Program-made: the position numbers and the translations under genes
Source: Bacillota bacterium
GTDB lineage: Bacteria > Bacillota > Negativicutes > Sporomusales > Sporomusaceae
Direction of reading: 5' to 3'
Length of the DNA stretch: 32,000 nt
Assembly (NCBI GenBank): GCA_023388195.1
Contig: JAEWGR010000056.1
Span: forward strand, 42,151-74,150
The notes under the pieces: model-generated
What the model saw: only the letters and a program-made list of their open reading frames with translations
The model's database searches: none
What the model was told of the DNA's origin: nothing
Part shown: positions 8,285 through 13,165 of the stretch, piece by piece
Layout: every line of letters starts with the position of its first letter
Position numbering within the stretch: position 1 is the first letter of the stretch

Positions 8285-8317
8285 AAAAACCCGCGCTTCA
8301 ACAAAGCGCGGGTTTTT
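8285..8317. terminator. Bidirectional intrinsic terminator (serves the Cys-rich gene on the minus strand)
   Basis: ACCCGCGCTT (8289-8298) pairs with AAGCGCGGGT (8304-8313) around a 5-nt loop. It is flanked by A5 and T5. Confidence 0.85.
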
Positions 8318-8325
8318 GTAGATAA

Positions 8326-8604
8326 CTACATGCACTTGGGGCAGCCGCCGCGGTGCTCGTGATAGTCGAATTCATAGCCACAGTATGGGCATAGTTTAAA
8401 CAGGCGGTAGGTGCAAATCCGGTATAATTTATAGTAGCACTTATAGGTCTTGACACATTCTTTAGTGGTCTGGCATTTCATTTTGGGGGTATAACAGGGT
8501 TCCATGTCCTGGCACTCATCCATATCGCACTTATCATATTTGTCCTCACAGCCGCATTTGTCGTCGTCGCATTTCCAGTGGGGGTATTTTTTATAACTTT
8601 TCAT
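8326..8604 (-). CDS. Cys/Lys/Tyr/Asp-rich small protein (92 aa, 14 Cys) with C-terminal CxxC...CxxC; predicted spore-coat-type protein
   Basis: Strong RBS (TAAGGAGGT) 9 nt before the ATG, a terminator downstream and a sigma-K-type promoter upstream. The composition resembles CotC/CotU-like coat proteins. The C-terminus CPYCGYEFDYHEHRGGCPKC is zinc-ribbon-like. Confidence 0.75.
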   Translation of the reverse strand: MKSYKKYPHWKCDDDKCGCEDKYDKCDMDECQDMEPCYTPKMKCQTTKECVKTYKCYYKLYRICTYRLFKLCPYCGYEFDYHEHRGGCPKCM

Positions 8605-8672
8605 TAAAATATAACCTCCTTATATTTGAGAGATAAGTCGTTTTACCTGTAAGGCAGAACAACATCCTGCTA

Positions 8673-8700
8673 TATACTATGAAGAATACGGAGAGAATGT
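8673..8700 (-). promoter_or_regulatory. Sigma-K-type (mother-cell) promoter for the Cys-rich gene
   Basis: The minus strand reads AC-attctctccgtattctt-CATAGTATA. This is an exact fit to the B. subtilis sigma-K consensus AC-N17-CATAnnnTA, about 70 nt upstream of the start codon. Confidence 0.45.
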
Positions 8701-8729
8701 TATGTTGATTTATGCATAACATTCTTTTT
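8695..8729 (+). promoter_or_regulatory. Perfect 10-bp inverted repeat plus T5 in the divergent control region
   Basis: GAATGTTATG (8695-8704) pairs with CATAACATTC (8715-8724) around a 10-nt loop, followed by TTTTT. It overlaps the -35 AC of the sigma-K-type promoter. Confidence 0.5.
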
Positions 8730-8945
8730 CATTAGGAATTAGCGAGGGCAGCAGCTCATTGCACTACAGGGTAAATGCATTTATCAGTACTGTTTTAGAA
8801 GCATAGCTCATAGTAATAAGTAGGATGTGCCTGCAGCTAATAGCTTTTGATAGGGGTTGCTGTCCTTTGCCGTTTTTTAGTTTTTTGTCACATAAAAATT
8901 AGAGCAGGCATATATATAACTAGAATATAAAAGGGGGGAATCTGC

Positions 8946-9602
8946 ATGAACGATAGAGCCAAGAACAACTGCACTCTCGGTGCGGAAACGCAAACTATTA
9001 TCGTGCGCCAAATAATAGGGGAAAAGGAAAAACAAAAAGCTCTGGATATTCACGTGGTTGTTCCGGAAAGGAAACCGTCAATTGAACAAATTGTTGATGT
9101 ATTTGTCAAAGAAGTAGAAGTATGCAGTGTTGATGTTATTACGGATAAAGTCATAGTTCGCGGCGAATTCGAGATCAAGGCTATTTATGTAGCCTCCTTG
9201 CCTGATCAGCCTGTTCATGCTGTGGAAATCAAGCATTATAAATGGACTCTTGATATTGATATTCCCGGTGCCCGCAGGGGAATGGATGCTGAGGCCAGCG
9301 TAATTGTCGAGTTTGTTGACTATGATGTGGATGATCATCACCGCGCGTACAAGTACAAGAATTTTGAACCGATTGACTGCGACGACGATGATGATGACGA
9401 TGACGACGATGATTGCCACGATCATGATCATGATCATGATTGCGAAGACCACGATGACGGCTGCGGACATCACCATCACCATCATCACCACAACTGCCGG
9501 GAATTTGATGTATCTGTTATCTTGAAAGTTACGGCTAAGGTTATGACTGACCGTGAAGTTAATATCGGAACCAGCAGCCTGCCCAACAAGCCCAAGGGAT
9601 AA
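8946..9602 (+). CDS. DUF3794/SPOCS-domain protein with a Cys-punctuated poly-Asp/His insert
   Basis: Core PERKPSIEQIVDVFVKEVEV...DKVIVRGEFEIKAIYVASLPDQPVHAVE...IPGARRGMDAEASVIVEFVDYD fits the DUF3794 (SipL SPOCS) pattern. The insert is C-D11-C-HDHDHDHD-C-EDHDDG-C-G-H8-N-C (9378-9497). RBS is AAAGGGGGG. Confidence 0.8.
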   Translation: MNDRAKNNCTLGAETQTIIVRQIIGEKEKQKALDIHVVVPERKPSIEQIVDVFVKEVEVCSVDVITDKVIVRGEFEIKAIYVASLPDQPVHAVEIKHYKWTLDIDIPGARRGMDAEASVIVEFVDYDVDDHHRAYKYKNFEPIDCDDDDDDDDDDDCHDHDHDHDCEDHDDGCGHHHHHHHHNCREFDVSVILKVTAKVMTDREVNIGTSSLPNKPKG

Positions 9603-9638
9603 TAGCCGGGGTAAAAGCCTTAATAAGGGGGGGAAACT

Positions 9639-10586
9639 ATGGATGATGATAAAACAAGGGTAGTATCAGCCTCGACTGATACTTTATCCACAAACACAAA
9701 GACCGTTTCAGGCGTAACAACAGTGGAAAGTTCGGAACTCGTATGCGGCTGCCCTGAACCAGGGCCGGAAACGATTGAGGTCGAACAGGTACTGGGGGCT
9801 GAAATGGCCCAGCGGGTTGTCGAACTTGATATGATTGTGCCGGCACAAAAACCCGACATTGAGCAAGTAGTTGACGTCTATGTTAAAGAATTGGAAATTA
9901 CTAAAATTGATGTGATTCGGGATAAGGTCATTGTTCGCGGTGAGCTAGAAGTAAAGGTTATGTATGTCGCCGATCTGCCTAACCAGCCGGTCCACGCTTT
10001 CGAGAAAAGACATATTCGTTGGACACGGGATATTGAAGTCGATGGTGCTGAGCCGGAAATGAAAGCGACGGCTGATGTCGTTGTCGAGTTTGTGGATTAT
10101 GATTTCCATTGCCATCACGATAGGCGTAAAGTGCATGTCACTATTGTACTTAAGGTCTGGACCCGGGTGGTTACCACCACTGAAATGGATGTATACGCAT
10201 TAAGTCCTATCGATGAAGTTGGGGTGCTCTCGGGTTCCGGGTCAACCGACAAAGCCAGTGCCAGCCAGTTTGACAATGAGACCGTATCGGCCTCCGAAAC
10301 CGGGGGTGGCGATATTGAGGCTTTTGGCGAGCAAAATGTAATTGTCACCGGTCCGATTACTCCTTCGGCCGGAACGCCGACAAATGTCAGCGGTACAGTA
10401 ACCGTAAATGGCAATAACGTGAATATCAGATCCGGGCCAGGCACTAACTTCCCGATAGTTACAAAGGTTAACCGGGGTACAACGTTAAATGTAAGAGAGC
10501 AGGCTTTTGGCTGGTACAAAGTTATACTGTCTGACGGATCCACAACTGGTTGGATTGCCAGCTGGCTGGTTAATGGTACTCCTTGA
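9639..10586 (+). CDS. DUF3794/SPOCS-domain protein with C-terminal bacterial SH3 (SH3b) domain; SipL/SpoVID-like architecture
   Basis: Paralogue of the preceding gene (PAQKPDIEQVVDVYVKELEI...DKVIVRGELEVKVMYVADLPNQPVHAFE...VVVEFVDYD). A Ser/Thr/Gly linker follows, then an SH3_3-type end (VNIRSGPGTNFPIVTKVNRGTTLNVREQAFGWYKVILSDGSTTGWIASWLV). RBS is AAGGGGGGG. Confidence 0.8.
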   Translation: MDDDKTRVVSASTDTLSTNTKTVSGVTTVESSELVCGCPEPGPETIEVEQVLGAEMAQRVVELDMIVPAQKPDIEQVVDVYVKELEITKIDVIRDKVIVRGELEVKVMYVADLPNQPVHAFEKRHIRWTRDIEVDGAEPEMKATADVVVEFVDYDFHCHHDRRKVHVTIVLKVWTRVVTTTEMDVYALSPIDEVGVLSGSGSTDKASASQFDNETVSASETGGGDIEAFGEQNVIVTGPITPSAGTPTNVSGTVTVNGNNVNIRSGPGTNFPIVTKVNRGTTLNVREQAFGWYKVILSDGSTTGWIASWLVNGTP

Positions 10587-10607
10587 TCCGGAAGACTAAT
10601 GATAACG

Positions 10608-10641
10608 ACCCAGGGATGAAGAAATCCCTGGGTATTGTTTT
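10608..10641 (+). terminator. Intrinsic terminator after the SPOCS-SH3b gene
   Basis: ACCCAGGGA (10608-10616) pairs with TCCCTGGGT (10625-10633), followed by ATTGTTTT. Confidence 0.75.
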
Positions 10642-10836
10642 ACATGATCAAACAGGATCGGTTTCTGATCCTAAGTAAGAACGACTAAGGCTTCTGCCGG
10701 CGTCCTCAGGGACTTGGCACAAGCCAAGTCTTTTCTTACAGGATCAGAAAGTATATCGGTTTCTGATCCTAAGTAAGAACGACTAAGCTTCTGCCGGCGT
10801 CCTGAGGGACTTGGCACAAGCCAAGTCTTTTCTTAT
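10642..10836 (+). repeat. Copies B1 and B2 of the hairpin-terminated element, in tandem (98-nt period)
   Basis: Core 10659-10738 and core 10757-10835 are near-identical (one indel, one substitution). Each ends in GACTTGGC-acaa-GCCAAGTC plus TTTTCTT. Confidence 0.9.
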
Positions 10837-10859
10837 AAAGCCTAAGTTTTTCTAATGAA

Positions 10860-10890
10860 AGATCCCGGAAGCTTGCGGCTGCCGGGATCT
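10860..10890 (+). promoter_or_regulatory. Perfect 9-bp hairpin in the leader of the kinase-like gene
   Basis: AGATCCCGG (10860-10868) pairs with CCGGGATCT (10882-10890) around a 13-nt loop. It ends 7 nt before the GAGAGGAG RBS. Confidence 0.4.
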
Positions 10891-10916
10891 TGGAATAGGG
10901 GAGAGGAGTTGGCTGG

Positions 10917-11720
10917 ATGTATCGGGCGATTGAATATCTGGGGCCAGTAGGACTGGGGGCAACGTCCCCCCAATTATTCCGGGCTGAAACCAAACCGGGG
11001 GAAAACAAGATCTGTGTCGTTAAACTATCTGCCAATCGTCTGGGTCCCAAGGTATTGGTAAATGAATTATTAGCAGTCCGGTTTGGGCAATGGCTCAAGC
11101 TTTGTTTTCCACCAGGCGGTCCTATCGAAATTTCTCCTGAAGTCCTGGGCAGCAGCAGACGGCTGACTGCCGCCCACGTAGTGCCGGGTTGGCATTTCGG
11201 TTGTGAGTATCTAAAAGGAGCCGGGTATGTAACTAAATATAACCTTCACCGGGCTGTGAACAAGGAGCAAATGGCCGGTGTCATGCTGTTTGATCACCTG
11301 TTTCATAATCCTGACCGCACTAAAAATCGTAAAAACCTGTTGATCAGGCGAGAAAACACTGGTTATAAACTATATGCTATTGATAATTCCCATTTATTTC
11401 GCCGGGGGAAATGGACAACAGAGATGCTTAAAAACCTGACAGAAAACATTACCCTGAATCACCGGCGGTCTTATGGTGTTCTGCTTAAATACTACCTAAA
11501 GCCAACACATTTTTTTAAATATGTGCAGGCGGTCAAGGACATTCCCGGTGAACAATTTACTGATTTCATTGACTCTATACCTGAGGTGTGGCTGCCTGAT
11601 CGCGGTGAGCGGCAGGCTTTACTGGAATTTCTGGTGGCCCGGTGCGGTAAGGTCGATTGGGTAATGCGTCAACTGACAGATTTAATCCCTGATATACACC
11701 GGCGTACCAACATTAATTAA
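10917..11720 (+). CDS. HipA-like / PI3K-PI4K-fold kinase-domain protein
   Basis: LFDHLFHNPDRTKNRKNLLI matches the HipA_C-type catalytic loop (GNxDRHxxNxxLL). YAIDNSHLF matches the metal-binding D-x-x segment. A GGAG RBS lies 8 nt upstream. Confidence 0.6.
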   Translation: MYRAIEYLGPVGLGATSPQLFRAETKPGENKICVVKLSANRLGPKVLVNELLAVRFGQWLKLCFPPGGPIEISPEVLGSSRRLTAAHVVPGWHFGCEYLKGAGYVTKYNLHRAVNKEQMAGVMLFDHLFHNPDRTKNRKNLLIRRENTGYKLYAIDNSHLFRRGKWTTEMLKNLTENITLNHRRSYGVLLKYYLKPTHFFKYVQAVKDIPGEQFTDFIDSIPEVWLPDRGERQALLEFLVARCGKVDWVMRQLTDLIPDIHRRTNIN

Positions 11721-12167
11721 GGCAAACAGCTCTTCCGCATGGGCATTATGCATACGGATACAGCCGTTTGATACCATTTTTCCGATCAGCCAGGGTGCGC
11801 TGGTGCCGTGAACACCGTAAGCGTCATAATTAAGTCCCATCCAGCGCGTTCCTAAAATACCTCCGGGGTTAATAATTTTAGTGGCAATTGCATAGTTGCC
11901 AAGCGGGGTCGGGGTTGACGGCTTGCCGATGGCAACTGGATATTGCCGCATGGGGCTATTGCCGTCAAACAGGGTTAACTGCCGCTGTGACTTGACAAGC
12001 AGGATATTGGCCCTGGTCAGGACCTTGCCGGCCCTTTCAATATGCGGAGCCGGTATTACCTCGCTAACTTCAGCAGATTGATTTTGACAATAGCTGATAT
12101 AACGCTCATCTTCTGCGAGTTTAATGGTTTTTAACGATTCCGGGACATATATTATTCTTACATTCAT
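11682..12167 (-). CDS. L,D-transpeptidase (YkuD domain)
   Basis: Catalytic motif HGTSAPWLIGKMVSNGCIRMHNAHAEEL. The start is set at ATG 12167 (MNVRII), which has GGAGGT about 10 nt upstream. ATG 12206 lacks an RBS and overlaps the predicted -10 box. The 3' end overlaps the convergent kinase-like gene by 39 nt. Confidence 0.85.
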   Translation of the reverse strand: MNVRIIYVPESLKTIKLAEDERYISYCQNQSAEVSEVIPAPHIERAGKVLTRANILLVKSQRQLTLFDGNSPMRQYPVAIGKPSTPTPLGNYAIATKIINPGGILGTRWMGLNYDAYGVHGTSAPWLIGKMVSNGCIRMHNAHAEELFALINVGTPVYIRD

Positions 12168-12204
12168 CGCTGGTATAACCTCCGTTTCCCGATTTCTCTG
12201 CTTC

Positions 12205-12233
12205 ATTATATTCAGACCGCCTGGATTTGGTCA
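12205..12233 (-). promoter_or_regulatory. Sigma-A-like promoter for the L,D-transpeptidase gene
   Basis: The minus strand reads TGACCA-N17-TATAAT (-35 at 12233-12228, -10 at 12210-12205). Confidence 0.4.
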
Positions 12234-12310
12234 GCGCAATTAAGGGTATAAACATCTGGTATTTATGGTAAAAATAGGAGTAAAGGCTGAAACAGGAGAT
12301 ATTCTGACAA

Positions 12311-13147
12311 ATGAGTGATAAAATGACAGGAAAGAAACAAGAAACACCGGGCAGTTTGCTTATTATCGGTGGTCATGAAGATAAAACCGGCGAATGTATT
12401 ATTCTGAGAAAATTTGTGGACATGGCCGGCGGCCGGGACAGCCTTATTGTAATTATTGCCACAGCTACCGATGAACCCCGGGTGGTTGGCAGTGAATATA
12501 AAGAACTATTCACTTTGATGGGCGCAGCATCCGTGTACCTGCTGGCTGTTGCTAACCGGGACACAGCGAATCAAACCCAGCAGGCTGAGATTATTAAAAA
12601 TGCCACAGGCATATTTTTTACAGGCGGCGACCAACTGCGGCTGACAAGTATCTTAGGCGGTTCAGCAGTTGACGCCGCCATTCGGGCTGCCTTCCGGCAC
12701 GGGGCTGTTGTTGCCGGTACAAGTGCTGGCGCGGCCGTAATGAGCGAAACCATGATTGTGGGTGGTCACTCCAATGATTCCCCGAAGAAATCATCGCTGG
12801 TTATGGCTCAGGGCATGGGTTTTTTACATGAAGCAGTTGTTGATCAGCATTTTGCCCAACGGGGAAGGATTAACCGGTTATTGTCTGCGGTGGCACAGAA
12901 TCCCCATGTGATGGGAATTGGGATAGACGAAGACACGGCACTGATTGTTGGCTCTGACCGGGTGTGCCAGGTGATCGGCTCACAGACAGTAACGATTATC
13001 GATGGTAAAAATATAATCTATTCTAATATATCAGAGTCTAATCAGACTCAGCCTTTGGTGATATCTAATGTCTTACTGCATATTTTACCGGCAGGCTATG
13101 GTTTTGACTTAAACCTGAGGTTGCCGCTTCAGCTTAATCTAAACTAG
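12311..13147 (+). CDS. cphB: Cyanophycinase (peptidase S51)
   Basis: S51 motifs FFTGGDQLRLTSILGGS and AGTSAGAAVMSETMI (nucleophile Ser). There is no signal peptide. It lies directly upstream of cphA. Confidence 0.9.
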   Translation: MSDKMTGKKQETPGSLLIIGGHEDKTGECIILRKFVDMAGGRDSLIVIIATATDEPRVVGSEYKELFTLMGAASVYLLAVANRDTANQTQQAEIIKNATGIFFTGGDQLRLTSILGGSAVDAAIRAAFRHGAVVAGTSAGAAVMSETMIVGGHSNDSPKKSSLVMAQGMGFLHEAVVDQHFAQRGRINRLLSAVAQNPHVMGIGIDEDTALIVGSDRVCQVIGSQTVTIIDGKNIIYSNISESNQTQPLVISNVLLHILPAGYGFDLNLRLPLQLNLN

Positions 13148-13165
13148 GTTTAGGGAGGACTACTT

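Noticed and set aside
8890-8918. Mother-cell-type promoter upstream of the first SPOCS gene (AC-N17-CATATATAT)
   Set aside because: The -10 does not fit CATAnnnTA in register and does not fit the sigma-E spacing either. Only the CATA core is present, so I left it uncalled.
9078-9525. Alternative-frame ORFs (9078..9491 minus, 9304..9525 plus) rich in I/V/M/T
   Set aside because: They are artefacts of the GAT/GAC/CAT/CAC low-complexity tract read in other frames. The annotated frame carries the conserved SPOCS strands on both sides.
10642-10836. Possibility that the tandem repeats are a CRISPR array
   Set aside because: There are only two units per locus. The units are about 98 nt and directly abutting, with no unique spacers. 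There are no cas genes, and the repeats carry terminator-like hairpins with T-runs.
10769-11098. 109-aa minus-strand ORF spanning repeat copy B2 and the 5' end of the kinase-like gene; also 18710..18937 and 18868..19137 across copies C1 and C2
   Set aside because: These frames exist only because the repeat element happens to be open in that frame (LCQVPQDAGRSL versus MCQVLQGAGRSL). They cross terminator hairpins and overlap better-supported features.
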